Source: Candidatus Iainarchaeum sp.
GTDB lineage: Archaea; Iainarchaeota; Iainarchaeia; Iainarchaeales; UBA10219
DNA length: 64,000 nt
Direction of reading: 5' to 3'
Assembly (NCBI GenBank): GCA_018304425.1
Contig: JAGVWE010000007.1
Location: 19,853 to 83,852, forward strand
The notes beneath the pieces are model-generated. The model worked only from the letters and a program-made list of their open reading frames with translations, made no database searches and was not told where the DNA came from. This document shows positions 36,859 through 46,123 of the stretch, piece by piece. The position numbers and the translations under genes were made by a program. Position 1 is the stretch's first letter; every line of letters starts with the position of its first letter.

Positions 36859-36931
36859 GGGGAGGTAGTCTAGTCTGGCAGGATACCAGCTTGGGGTGCT
36901 GGCGACCCGAGTTCAAATCTCGGCCTCCCCA
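36859..36931 (+). tRNA. tRNA-Pro(GGG)
   Basis: 73-nt cloverleaf GGGGAGG...CCAGC-TTGGGGT-GCTGG...CCTCCCC-A; TTATAAA upstream. Confidence 0.95.
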
Positions 36932-37065
36932 CTGACCGCCACAGCCGGTCAACGTCTGTGGACTTTCCCGTGCCGCTTCGCGTCACGGGAAGAGGCCTGC
37001 CTTTGGGCAGGCCCCAAGTTGCAGCAAACCTTTAAATACTCCTGTGGATATAAGTAGTATGATGA

Positions 37066-37884
37066 ACCTGCAAAGAAGGCGATGTATTCCAGGCCGGTTC
37101 CACTGATTTCACTAGCCATCGCCCCAAATTTTTCTGCATCGGTTTCATCGGCTTCGGCCGCCTTGCCTCCGCGCTGGCTGCCGGGCTCCTCTCTGCCGGC
37201 TGGCCTGCGCGCCTGATTTCCGCGTGCACGCGGCGCAACGCTCGGACCATTGCCGGTGTGCGTTGCACCCGTGATTGGGCGTCCACGCTCCGGAACGCGC
37301 GCGTCGTCATCCTCGCGGTCAAGCCGAAGGACGCCGAAGCCGCGCTCACGCAGGCCCGGCCGCACTTCGCCCGCGACACGCTGCTGGTTTCCGTGGTCAC
37401 CGGGGTTTCCCTGAAAAACCTGCAGTCTTTTTTCGGCTTGAAGCGAGTCGCGTACGCCATGCCGAACGTGGCCGCGCGCGAAAATTGTTCGCTTACTGCG
37501 CTGTGCTTCAGCCGCGCGTGCACGCGCCAGGACAAGCGCAGGGTGCAGGAAATATTCGGCCTGCTCGGCGAGACCCTCTCGCTTTCTGAGCGTGACTTCA
37601 TGGCTTTCATGTACGCCGACGCTTGCGGCATTGCTATCGTCTCCTATCTCGTGCAGGCGCTCTTCCTTTCGTTCAACGATTTGGGTCTATCGGAAAAACT
37701 TTCGCTGCGCGTCACGCGCGCGCTGCTCCGCGGCACGGCCTCGCTTGCGGACACCTGGTCGTTCGAGGAGATAATCGGAATGGTGAAGACTAAGCGCGGC
37801 TACACCGAGCGGTTGCTGCAAGCCCTGGACCAGCAACGCGTCGCCAAAGGAATTCGGCGCGCGTACGAAAAGGTGGGCCGATGA
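37066..37884 (+). CDS. proC: Pyrroline-5-carboxylate reductase-like (divergent; no in-frame start upstream of the Rossmann motif)
   Basis: IGFIGFGRLA at 37138, ILAVKP, MPN; frame open from 37066 but first ATG/GTG is at 37258. Confidence 0.7.
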   Translation, partial: TCKEGDVFQAGSTDFTSHRPKFFCIGFIGFGRLASALAAGLLSAGWPARLISACTRRNARTIAGVRCTRDWASTLRNARVVILAVKPKDAEAALTQARPHFARDTLLVSVVTGVSLKNLQSFFGLKRVAYAMPNVAARENCSLTALCFSRACTRQDKRRVQEIFGLLGETLSLSERDFMAFMYADACGIAIVSYLVQALFLSFNDLGLSEKLSLRVTRALLRGTASLADTWSFEEIIGMVKTKRGYTERLLQALDQQRVAKGIRRAYEKVGR

Positions 37885-39143
37885 CCTCCATGAAATCGTT
37901 GGCCGCTGGGGCGCGCACCGCGCAGTCCGAACTGGCCGCGTCCACTTCCACGCAACGCGCGAAAGCCCTGCGCTGGATGGCCAAGGCCGTGCGGAAATCC
38001 GGGAACCGGGTCCTGGCCGCCAACCGCAAGGACCTGGCCCGTGCCCGCGTAAAAGGCGTTTCCGAGGCGTTCCTTGACCGATTACGGCTTAGCGACCGGC
38101 GGCTGGAAGAGGCCGTTCAGGCGGTCGAAGAGTTTAGTCGTCGCGAGGATTTGCTCGGTGAAACCATCGAGGCATGGACGACTTCCGCCGGCCTCCGCAT
38201 CCGCAAAGTGCGCGTGCCCCTCGGCGTGGTGCTGTTGGTGTTCGAAGCCCGGCCCCTCGTGTGCCTGGAAGCCGCCATGCTCGCGTTGAAGGCAGGCAAC
38301 GCCCTCCTGCTCCGCCCCTCCCGCGACGCGGAGAATTCCTGCCGCGAACTCATTGCCTGCGTTCGTTCCGCGCTGAAGCATGCCGGCCTGTCCGCCGACT
38401 GCGTGGCCCTCGTGCCTCCCGTCGGCGGCAAGCGGAGGCTGCACGAGCTGCTTGCCTTGCATGGCCTCATCGACGTCGTCATCCCCCGCGGCGGGGCTTC
38501 GTTCATCGACTGGGTGCGCTCGCACGCGAAAATCCCGGTCATCGAGACCGGTGCGGGCAACTGCCACGTCTACGTCGACGCGTCCGCAGACGCATCCGCA
38601 AATCTCCGGCAGGCGCTTGCCATCCTCGTGAACGCGAAAACCTCGCGTCCCTCGGTGTGCAACGCGGCCGAGAAACTGCTCGTGCACAAAGCCATTGCCA
38701 GAAAGTTCCTGCCGGTGGCCGTGGCCGCGTTGCGCGAGCGCGGCGTGCGCGTGCATGGCTGTGAGCGCTCCCGCAAACTCGTGAAGGGGCTTTTGCGTGC
38801 CACCGAGGCCGACTGGTTCAAGGAATATCTTGGCCTGGAAATCGCGGTCAAGGTGGTTGACTCGGTCGACGAAGCCATTGCGCACATCAACCGTTATTCC
38901 ACGCACCACTCGGAGGCCATCTGCGCGAAGGACCGGAAGGCACTCCGCCGGTTCCTCGCTGGCGTGGATTCGGCCGCGGTTTACGCCAATGCCAGCACGC
39001 GGTTTTCGGATGGGGGTTGTTTCGGCTTCGGCGGGGAAATCGGCATCAGCACGCAGAAGCTGCACGCCCGTGGCCCCATGGCCGAGCGGGAGTTGACGTC
39101 CTACAAGTACGTGGTGGAAGGCAAGGGCCAGGTGAGGACATGA
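37881..39143 (+). CDS. proA: Gamma-glutamyl phosphate reductase
   Basis: RVPLGV, IPRGG, CNAAEKLL, NASTRFSDG, GISTQKLHARGPM. Confidence 0.95.
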   Translation: MTSMKSLAAGARTAQSELAASTSTQRAKALRWMAKAVRKSGNRVLAANRKDLARARVKGVSEAFLDRLRLSDRRLEEAVQAVEEFSRREDLLGETIEAWTTSAGLRIRKVRVPLGVVLLVFEARPLVCLEAAMLALKAGNALLLRPSRDAENSCRELIACVRSALKHAGLSADCVALVPPVGGKRRLHELLALHGLIDVVIPRGGASFIDWVRSHAKIPVIETGAGNCHVYVDASADASANLRQALAILVNAKTSRPSVCNAAEKLLVHKAIARKFLPVAVAALRERGVRVHGCERSRKLVKGLLRATEADWFKEYLGLEIAVKVVDSVDEAIAHINRYSTHHSEAICAKDRKALRRFLAGVDSAAVYANASTRFSDGGCFGFGGEIGISTQKLHARGPMAERELTSYKYVVEGKGQVRT

Positions 39144-39970
39144 CTGAAAACCTGTTCGCGGGCACGAAGCGGCTGCTGGTGAAGATTGGCACCAATGCCT
39201 TGCTGAAGGACAATGCCCCGGACCGGAGGGCCATGAAGGACTTGGCGCGCGCGCTTTCCGCGCTGCGGAGGCGCGGCATCCAGTGCGCCCTGGTGTCCAG
39301 TGGAGCCATCGGCTTCGGCTGTGAGCGGCTCTACCTCACCCGCAGCACGCTTAGCCTGGCGCTCCAGCAGGCCTGTGCCGCCGTCGGCCAGGTGGAGTTG
39401 ATGGCCGAGTACGCGCGCGCCTTCCAGGCCTTCAACCAGCGCATGGCCCAGGTGCTGGTTTCGGGCGAGAATTTCCGTTCCCCGCAGGCCCTGGCCAACC
39501 TGCGCGCCACGGTGGAAGCCTTGTTTGGCCTCAACACCATTCCGGTCTTCAACGAGAACGACGCGGTCTCGGTCGCCGAACTCGATAGTGGCAAGCTGTT
39601 CTCGGACAACGATGGCCTCACGGCCTTGGTGGCCCTGCACCTGGGTTTCGATGGCGTCGTCTTCATCTCGGATGTCGGCGGCCTCTACGAGCGGGGAGCG
39701 GGTGGAAACGGCTTTGGGGTGCTGGTCAGGGAAGTGGGGGACGTGTCCGTGCTCGACTTTTCCGGCCGCGTCGTGGGGGCCAATGGCAAGGGCGGCCTTG
39801 CCTCCAAGCTGGCGGCCACCCGGCGGCTCACCGAGCAAGGCATCCCGGTGGCGCTCGTCAAGAAGGAGAAGGACGCGCTGGACAAGGTCTTCGCGGGCCG
39901 CGCCCATGGCACGCTTTTTATGCCTAAGCCGGGAATGCTGGGCGGGGGAGAAAACCGTGGCAATGATTGA
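39140..39970 (+). CDS. proB: Glutamate 5-kinase (no PUA domain)
   Basis: VKIGT, VSSGAI, AAVGQ, NEND, DND, GGLASKL. Confidence 0.92.
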   Translation: MTENLFAGTKRLLVKIGTNALLKDNAPDRRAMKDLARALSALRRRGIQCALVSSGAIGFGCERLYLTRSTLSLALQQACAAVGQVELMAEYARAFQAFNQRMAQVLVSGENFRSPQALANLRATVEALFGLNTIPVFNENDAVSVAELDSGKLFSDNDGLTALVALHLGFDGVVFISDVGGLYERGAGGNGFGVLVREVGDVSVLDFSGRVVGANGKGGLASKLAATRRLTEQGIPVALVKKEKDALDKVFAGRAHGTLFMPKPGMLGGGENRGND

Positions 39971-40289
39971 CGACTTCCTGAAACTCGACATCCGTGTCGG
40001 AAAGGTCATCCAGGTGGAGGAGGCCCCGGACCTCCGGAAGCCGGTCTACAAGCTGACGATCGACTTCGGCGCGGAAATCGGCGTGAAGCGTTCCCTGGCA
40101 GGGGTTCCGCCCAACTACAAAAAGGAGGCCTTGCTCAACCAGCTCGTGCTCGCGGTAGTGAATTTCCCGCCGCGGCAGATGGGCAAGCACCTCTCAGAAG
40201 TGCTCACCTTGGGCGTGGACGACGCCGAGGGGAAGTGCGTGCTCATCAAGCCCGATTGGGACGTGTTTTTGGGCTCGCGGCTGCACTAG
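39963..40289 (+). CDS. csaA: tRNA-binding protein (CsaA/Trbp111 family)
   Basis: DFLKLDIRVG, VVNFPPRQM, SEVLTLG. Confidence 0.85.
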   Translation: MIDDFLKLDIRVGKVIQVEEAPDLRKPVYKLTIDFGAEIGVKRSLAGVPPNYKKEALLNQLVLAVVNFPPRQMGKHLSEVLTLGVDDAEGKCVLIKPDWDVFLGSRLH

Positions 40290-40301
40290 GCCCTGTGTCG
40301 G

Positions 40302-40580
40302 CTACTGGTAGGCATGGTTGTGGTGGTCGAAGTCTACGAAGAGAACGAATTTGATCGCCTTGTCATATTTGAACGTCAGCACAAAGTGCTTGTCGATGTG
40401 CACGCGTTGTTCTCCCTTGCGCCCGTGCCGCAGGTGCTTGTAGCGTTCGATGGCGGATTCGTCCGAGTTGACGATTTCCTGGATTTTCTTCATCACGATT
40501 TCGTACCTGTGGCGGTCGCGCCTGAAAAGCCTGTCAAGGATGGATTTCAGTTCAGGGGAAAAGTCGTGGGCTAGCGGCAT
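40302..40580 (-). CDS. RelE/YafQ-like toxin
   Basis: YKHLR...RVHIDKHFVLTF...DFDHH; downstream of antitoxin. Confidence 0.8.
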   Translation of the reverse strand: MPLAHDFSPELKSILDRLFRRDRHRYEIVMKKIQEIVNSDESAIERYKHLRHGRKGEQRVHIDKHFVLTFKYDKAIKFVLFVDFDHHNHAYQ

Positions 40581-40844
40581 TTACTTACCTTCGATTTCCT
40601 TGCGCAGCTCTTCGATGCTCGTGGGCCGGTAGCCAGGTTTCCTGGCTTGCTTGTAGTACTCGCGCTGGATTCGGTCCAGCTTCTTCAAATAGCTCGGCTT
40701 CACCTTGCGTTCAACCTCGTCTTCGCCGTACATTTCCGCGAACTTGTTAATCGCCTCGCTCTTGTCCTTGAGCCCGTACTTGGCCTTGACGACCATCAGC
40801 ACCCGGTTCGTGTACTCGTTCAGCGAGACCCTGGCGTCCACCAT
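40581..40844 (-). CDS. Antitoxin (DUF2683-like)
   Basis: NEYTNRVLMVVKAKYGLKDKSEAIN; C-terminal SIEELRKE. Confidence 0.75.
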   Translation of the reverse strand: MVDARVSLNEYTNRVLMVVKAKYGLKDKSEAINKFAEMYGEDEVERKVKPSYLKKLDRIQREYYKQARKPGYRPTSIEELRKEIEGK

Positions 40845-41050
40845 GCATGCACCTCCTGTGTATTCGGTGTACACATGGGGTGCATAGGGTTTAGTTAAGG
40901 CTTTCGGCTGCATGCGGGTAAAGTAGGCAACGGAATTAATTTAACTATTTCGTTGATTGTCGTAATAAATGGCTTTTTGGGGGTCTGGGGGGTCCCGGGC
41001 AGCAGGGTTCCCAAGGTTTAAATAACTGGCTTCCCATATATGGTGCGTTC

Positions 41051-42505
41051 ATGGCCGAAAAAAAGCCTGCCGAAAGGGATGCTTTGCTGGGCATTGGCGT
41101 TAAGAAAGCCCAGGACTTCGTGGAATGGTATTCCCAGGTCGTGCTCAAGGCCGAGCTCGCCGACTACGCTCCCGTCAAGGGCTTCATGGTCATCCGGCCG
41201 CGGGGCTACGCGGTGTGGGAAAACATCCAGGCCCACTTCAACCAGTGCATCAAGGCCTTGGGCGTGCAAAATGCGTACTTCCCGTTGCTGATTCCGGAGA
41301 GCTTCTTCAGGCGCGAGGCCGAGCACGCGCAGGGCTTCGCCCCCGAGCTCGCCTGGATCGAGAAAAAGGAGGGCGAGGAACGCGTGGCCATCCGCCCCAC
41401 GAGCGAGACCATCATGTATGATTCCTACGCGAAGTGGATCAGGTCCTACCGCGACCTGCCCCTGCGTATCAACCAGTGGTGCAACGTGCTCCGCTGGGAA
41501 GTCAGCCAGACCAAGATTTTCTTGCGGACGCGGGAGTTCCTCTGGCAGGAAGGCCACTGCGTGTACGAGTCGAAAGAGGACTGCGACCGGGAAGTCCAGC
41601 TGATGCTGGAGGAATATCGGAAACTATGCGAGGACGTGCTGGCCATCCCGGTGCTGACCGGTTACAAGTCGAAGGCCGAGACCTTCGCCGGCGCGCTTTA
41701 CACCACGACCTTGGAGGCGCTGATGCCGGACGGGAAGGCCCTGCAGTTGGGCACCTCCCACAACCTGGGCCAGGGCTTCGCGAAAGCGTTCGGCATCGAG
41801 TTCCTGGGCCGCGACGAGGAAAAGCACGTGCCCTGGCAGTCTTCCTGGGGTTTTTCCACGCGCCTGATTGGGGCCCTGGTGATGGTGCACGGGGACGACA
41901 AGGGCTTAATCCTGCCGCCCCGCATCGCCTCGGTGAAGGCCGTGGTCGTGCCCATCGTCTTTGACAAGGGCCGCGAGGCCGTGCTGGCGAAGGCCAGGGA
42001 GCTGGCACAGGCGCTCAGCAAAGCCGGCATAGCCTGCCACTTGGATGACCGCGACGAGTACTCCGCGGGCTGGAAGTTCAACGAATGGGAACTGAAAGGG
42101 GTTCCCCTTCGCGTCGAGGTGGGCCCGAAGGACGTCGAAAAAAAGCAGTGCGTCCTGGTGCGCCGTGACACCGGGGAAAAGGCGTTCGTCAAGGAAACCG
42201 ATCTGGTGCAGGAAGCGGGGCGGCTCTTGGACGCCGTCCAGGCAGGCCTCTTGGCGCGCGCGAAGAAGTTCCGCGACGAGAACACCGTGGAAGCCAAGTC
42301 GTACGCGGACTTCCAGAAGGCCATCGAGGCGCGCAAGCTGGTGAAGGCCTTTTTCTGCGAGCAGGAAGCCTGCGAGAAGAAAATCAAGGAAGAGACGACC
42401 GCGACCAGCCGCTGCATTCCCTTCAACCAATCGGGTGCCGGCGGAAAATGCGTCAAATGCGGCAGCCCGGCCAAGCGGTGGGCGTACTTCGCGAAGAACT
42501 ACTGA
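41051..42505 (+). CDS. proS: Proline--tRNA ligase (archaeal/eukaryotic type)
   Basis: IRPTSET, FLRTREFLWQEGH, GTSHNLGQ, C-terminal Zn domain ending FAKNY. Confidence 0.96.
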   Translation: MAEKKPAERDALLGIGVKKAQDFVEWYSQVVLKAELADYAPVKGFMVIRPRGYAVWENIQAHFNQCIKALGVQNAYFPLLIPESFFRREAEHAQGFAPELAWIEKKEGEERVAIRPTSETIMYDSYAKWIRSYRDLPLRINQWCNVLRWEVSQTKIFLRTREFLWQEGHCVYESKEDCDREVQLMLEEYRKLCEDVLAIPVLTGYKSKAETFAGALYTTTLEALMPDGKALQLGTSHNLGQGFAKAFGIEFLGRDEEKHVPWQSSWGFSTRLIGALVMVHGDDKGLILPPRIASVKAVVVPIVFDKGREAVLAKARELAQALSKAGIACHLDDRDEYSAGWKFNEWELKGVPLRVEVGPKDVEKKQCVLVRRDTGEKAFVKETDLVQEAGRLLDAVQAGLLARAKKFRDENTVEAKSYADFQKAIEARKLVKAFFCEQEACEKKIKEETTATSRCIPFNQSGAGGKCVKCGSPAKRWAYFAKNY

Positions 42506-42530
42506 TTTACCGCTGCGGTTCGGCACGCGT

Positions 42531-42788
42531 TCACGGATACGGTGAGCGGTTGGCAATCAGGCCCTCGTGCTTCGTGGCCGGCACTTTTTTCTTTATGTGG
42601 ATTTTGGAGACGAAGACAACAAATAGGAGAAGCCCCAGGCCCGCCGAATAGATAAGCCATTCCCGATAAATAAATTCTCCTTGGGGGCCGGTGAATGTCC
42701 CGGTTGCAAGGGCGGCGATGCCAGCTGTCGCCAGCACCAAGCCATTCAATCCGAGCAAGAGGCCCGTGATTTTTTTTGCCATTCCCAT
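42531..42788 (-). CDS. Small 2-TM membrane protein, module 1
   Basis: Two hydrophobic helices; ends NRSPYP like 43746-44000. Confidence 0.65.
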   Translation of the reverse strand: MGMAKKITGLLLGLNGLVLATAGIAALATGTFTGPQGEFIYREWLIYSAGLGLLLFVVFVSKIHIKKKVPATKHEGLIANRSPYP

Positions 42789-42825
42789 GATACGTTGTTA
42801 AGCGGATTCGCTTATAATTATAGGC

Positions 42826-43131
42826 ATGGCCTCAAACCGATTGAAGGGGGCTTTTAAGAATGGATACGACTTCTTGGACGCCCTGTCTCTGGTTGGGGAC
42901 TACTTGGAGGAACCGGGTGAACTCACTCGCTGCCTCGAGGAAGTCGGCGACAAGCGGAAGAAAGCGCTTGAGAGAGAATGGAAAAACGCCGAACTCGTCA
43001 GCAAACACCGCACCATTCTCACGTCGTGGTCGGAGGACGACCGCTATGCGGACGACAGATTTTACCAGAAAAAGCTCCTTGAATGCTATGATGTGAACCG
43101 GAAGTTGCGTCGGGCCATGGGCCTGCCCTAG
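42826..43131 (+). CDS. Hypothetical protein, module 1
   Basis: Paralogue of 44030-44323 with synonymous differences in this frame. Confidence 0.75.
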   Translation: MASNRLKGAFKNGYDFLDALSLVGDYLEEPGELTRCLEEVGDKRKKALEREWKNAELVSKHRTILTSWSEDDRYADDRFYQKKLLECYDVNRKLRRAMGLP

Positions 43132-43136
43132 CGGGT

Positions 43137-43400
43137 TCAAAAGAACTGCCGGTACCATCGCTCGTATTCCTTGTGCGTGCCGACAAAGTAGAACCTGGCT
43201 TGTTTCGGCGTTTCAAACACGCGGTACGCGATGCGATGCTGTCCGACTTCGTCGACGAAATAGTTGGCCCCTCGCTTCAGGTGCCGCTTGAACGGTTGTT
43301 CCAGGATTTTCGCAATCTTCTTGGCCACTCTTTCCTTCAACTCGTTGTCAAGCCGGTTGAAATGGACGGGCCAATTTTCGTCGAATGCTGCCGCATACAT
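43137..43400 (-). CDS. RelE-like toxin
   Basis: KIAKILEQP, GQHRIAY, FVGTHKEYE. Confidence 0.78.
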   Translation of the reverse strand: MYAAAFDENWPVHFNRLDNELKERVAKKIAKILEQPFKRHLKRGANYFVDEVGQHRIAYRVFETPKQARFYFVGTHKEYERWYRQFF

Positions 43401-43405
43401 GCGCG

Positions 43406-43651
43406 TTATCCCTTCAGGTGTTTGGCATGAGCGCCGAGTGCCTGTTCGGGAGTGAGCAGCCTTCTTTTCCCTTCGCTTATTTCCTTGTCAATGGCATCCA
43501 GTTTCCGGTTCACGAGGGTTTCCTCGTCCAGGTACTCGTTTCCAAAGTGGACGATGGCCAGCCGGATGGCCTCGGATTGCGTGTTGGCATACCCGTCCTG
43601 GACCATGGTTTCCAGGATTTGCTTGGTCTTACCTCGTAAAGCTACGTTCAT
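43406..43651 (-). CDS. RHH antitoxin
   Basis: MVQDGYANTQSEAIRLAI. Confidence 0.78.
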   Translation of the reverse strand: MNVALRGKTKQILETMVQDGYANTQSEAIRLAIVHFGNEYLDEETLVNRKLDAIDKEISEGKRRLLTPEQALGAHAKHLKG

Positions 43652-43745
43652 GGCGAAAACCAGTATAACCTATATGCCTCCCTTACGCTTTAAATAGGTT
43701 CTGTTTTTGCGTCAAATCGGTACCTACTGTCTTAGGGCAAGCGGT

Positions 43746-44000
43746 TCACGGATAGGGTGAGCGGTTGATTGACATTCCTTCGCAACGCATGGGTGCGCGA
43801 GGCGTTGTTTGTGGGGTGCCAGTTGGCCTGGCAAAGAGCGCCCAAACCAGCACCAGCCAGAAGACGGCTAGCTGGGGTAACAGGCGGAGGAACCGTTCGC
43901 TACCCGTTGAGCCAGTGAAGAGGGCAGATAGTGCAATTGCGTGGTAAACCATGAATTCCAGGCCAAACAGGGCTGCCAGAACCTTTTCATGGAATTTCAT
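43746..44000 (-). CDS. Small 2-TM membrane protein, module 2
   Basis: ATG at 44000; two hydrophobic helices; ends NRSPYP. Confidence 0.65.
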   Translation of the reverse strand: MKFHEKVLAALFGLEFMVYHAIALSALFTGSTGSERFLRLLPQLAVFWLVLVWALFARPTGTPQTTPRAPMRCEGMSINRSPYP

Positions 44001-44029
44001 ATTGACTTGTTGCCGCAAACAGAATAAAT

Positions 44030-44323
44030 ATGGATGCCAAAAAAGTGAAAGGCTTGTTGCAACTTGGCACGGTTAAAAAGATAATCGATTTCTTCATGGA
44101 GCCGCTGAAAAGAGAAAATGAGGCATTGAATGCTTGCCTGAAAGAAGTCGGTGAGAAACGTGACAAGGCATTAGCCAAGCGGGCACAGTTCAAACCCGGC
44201 AAAACCTACCTGACGTCGTGGTCGGAGGACGACCGCTATGTGGACGACAGATTTTACCAGAAAAAGCTGACCGAATGCTACGATAAAAATACGCGGTCGC
44301 GGAAGGCCATGGGCTTGCCTTGA
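44030..44323 (+). CDS. Hypothetical protein, module 2
   Basis: Shares CLxEVGxKRxKAL and LTSWSEDDRYxDDRFYQKKLxECYD...AMGLP with 42826-43131. Confidence 0.75.
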   Translation: MDAKKVKGLLQLGTVKKIIDFFMEPLKRENEALNACLKEVGEKRDKALAKRAQFKPGKTYLTSWSEDDRYVDDRFYQKKLTECYDKNTRSRKAMGLP

Positions 44324-44333
44324 CTTCCCGCTG

Positions 44334-44795
44334 TCAGCACACCCCGCACGGCGGTTCCGTGAACAGGCTCAGATACCATTCCTCGACCGGCTCGTCCACG
44401 AGCTTGACGGCATGCGGCCGCAGGAACGCGAACCCGTGTTCCCCATACAATTTCTTGGCGGCTTCGTTGCTTTGCCGGACCAGCAGCGTTATTTCCTTGA
44501 ACCCCTGCTGCTTGATGAAGTCCATGGCAAACTGGAGGAGTGCATGCGCGTTTCCCTTGCCACGGAATCCCTCGCGGACCACCAAGCCGTTGATGCGCGC
44601 GCGGGCCATGTTCAGGGCTTCGACTTCGATGAAGCCGATGAGTTGCCCGCCCTCGACCTGCTTGAACAGGAACAGTTTTTTTCCGGCCAGCCGCTGCCGG
44701 AGCTTGTCCAGGGTGGCTTCGGTGTAGGGAAACTCCTTGCGGATGAGGCTGCTGATGAGTTCCAGGTCCGTGTCCGCTGCCGGTTGAATCGTCAT
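44334..44795 (-). CDS. GNAT family acetyltransferase
   Basis: VREGFRGKGNA, NEAAKKLYGEHGF. Confidence 0.88.
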   Translation of the reverse strand: MTIQPAADTDLELISSLIRKEFPYTEATLDKLRQRLAGKKLFLFKQVEGGQLIGFIEVEALNMARARINGLVVREGFRGKGNAHALLQFAMDFIKQQGFKEITLLVRQSNEAAKKLYGEHGFAFLRPHAVKLVDEPVEEWYLSLFTEPPCGVC

Positions 44796-44806
44796 AGGCT
44801 TCCCCC

Positions 44807-45487
44807 TTACCGCTTGGCCCGCAGGAACTCCTCGATTTCCTGGCTGGAGACCGCGCAGCCCCCGAACTTGAGGGCGAACAAGGCGGCTTCCAGGGCCTGG
44901 CGGTTGCGCGGCAGCACCTCCTCGAAGTAGCCGCGCTCGTAGGCCAGCGCGATGAGTTCCACGGACCTTACCACTCTGATGTCCGAAAGCAATTTAATGA
45001 ATTCCTTGAGCCTCCCCTCGTTGAGCTTGATGTCCTGCTGGTGCTTGTAGGCCACGTAGTTCTGCAGCCTCCAGGGGTCCTCGATGAGCATGCGGGTGGT
45101 TCGCTCGTCGATGGCGACCATGTGGGCGCGGAGGTTCTTGCACAGGGCCAGGGTCTCGGCCTCGCCTTTCTGGATGATGGTCAAAGGCTTTCCCTTCGCG
45201 AAGAACAGGGTGTTCGCGCTGTCCAGGATTTTCCCGGTCAACTGCTTGACGGCCGCGTTGCCTGGAATGATTTCAATCCAGCCCTCGTCGACGGCCTGCT
45301 GGATGCGCAGCGCGCCCAACTCGAACCGCTTGATGTGCAGCGGCCGTTCCACGGTTTCCGCGTACACCGACTGGGGGATGACGAAGGAAACCGCTCCCTC
45401 CTGGCCGAGCCCCTTCAGCAGGCGGGTCAGGCACTTCTCGGAAATCGAGATAATCGTCGAGGAATCGAAGACCAGTTTCTGCGCCAT
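44807..45487 (-). CDS. PIN-like (DUF3368-type) protein
   Basis: LVFDSSTII, GEAETLAL, AIDERTTR. Confidence 0.75.
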   Translation of the reverse strand: MAQKLVFDSSTIISISEKCLTRLLKGLGQEGAVSFVIPQSVYAETVERPLHIKRFELGALRIQQAVDEGWIEIIPGNAAVKQLTGKILDSANTLFFAKGKPLTIIQKGEAETLALCKNLRAHMVAIDERTTRMLIEDPWRLQNYVAYKHQQDIKLNEGRLKEFIKLLSDIRVVRSVELIALAYERGYFEEVLPRNRQALEAALFALKFGGCAVSSQEIEEFLRAKR

Positions 45488-45491
45488 GCTC

Positions 45492-46046
45492 TCACTCGAA
45501 CATTTCCCGCAACGGTTTCAGCCTCGCCGCGATGCCGAAGGTGATGCCTTCCTCGTCGTGCATGCGCGTCCAGCCAATGTAGTTCTGCACGTCCTCTTTT
45601 TCCGCCCCCGTCAGGTCCACGGCCTGGCTGAGGCTCAAGCCCAGGCCATAGGCGGCGGAAGCCATCTTGAGGCGCGCCTTTTCCTCCATGCTGATGGCGT
45701 ACCGCCCGAACTCGTGGTCGACTTCCGAGACCACTTCGATGATGGTGTCCAGGCTCTTGCCGAACTCCTTGGGCTTGCCGCGCGCCAGGCTGTAGGCCGC
45801 CAAATCCAGTTCGCGCAGGATTTTGGCCTTGATGGCCGTCCACTGGTGGTCGATGACGATGTGCCGCTTGGAGACCAGCTTGTTCAAGGAATAGCCGATG
45901 AGGGCCAGGTTGGCGTAGCCCCGGTCGTTCACCATGGCCGCGCGCTGGAGGCAGGCCTCGCTGCTCTCCTTCAATGCAATCGTGTCCTCTATCTGGAACG
46001 CCGTCCGCAAGTGCTTGACTTTCTGTTCAAGGTCCCGCAATGCCAT
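45492..46046 (-). CDS. Hypothetical helical protein with C-terminal HTH-like segment
   Basis: GLSLSQAVDLTG; coupled to the PIN-like gene. Confidence 0.7.
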   Translation of the reverse strand: MALRDLEQKVKHLRTAFQIEDTIALKESSEACLQRAAMVNDRGYANLALIGYSLNKLVSKRHIVIDHQWTAIKAKILRELDLAAYSLARGKPKEFGKSLDTIIEVVSEVDHEFGRYAISMEEKARLKMASAAYGLGLSLSQAVDLTGAEKEDVQNYIGWTRMHDEEGITFGIAARLKPLREMFE

Positions 46047-46123
46047 GTCCTTCCCCCACCACTAACGCAGTCCAAGAATTTAAGGGTTGCGGCCCAACGG
46101 TTTAACGGATCAGCCGTCAAGGG

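Noticed and set aside
42832-43158. Minus-strand ORF as the true coding frame of the duplicated block
   Set aside because: The equivalent frame is interrupted by a stop in the second copy, and substitutions are synonymous in the plus frame
42510-44360. Integron attC sites at GCGGTTC-like motifs
   Set aside because: No consistent RYYYAAC...GTTRRRY pairing and no integron integrase in the window
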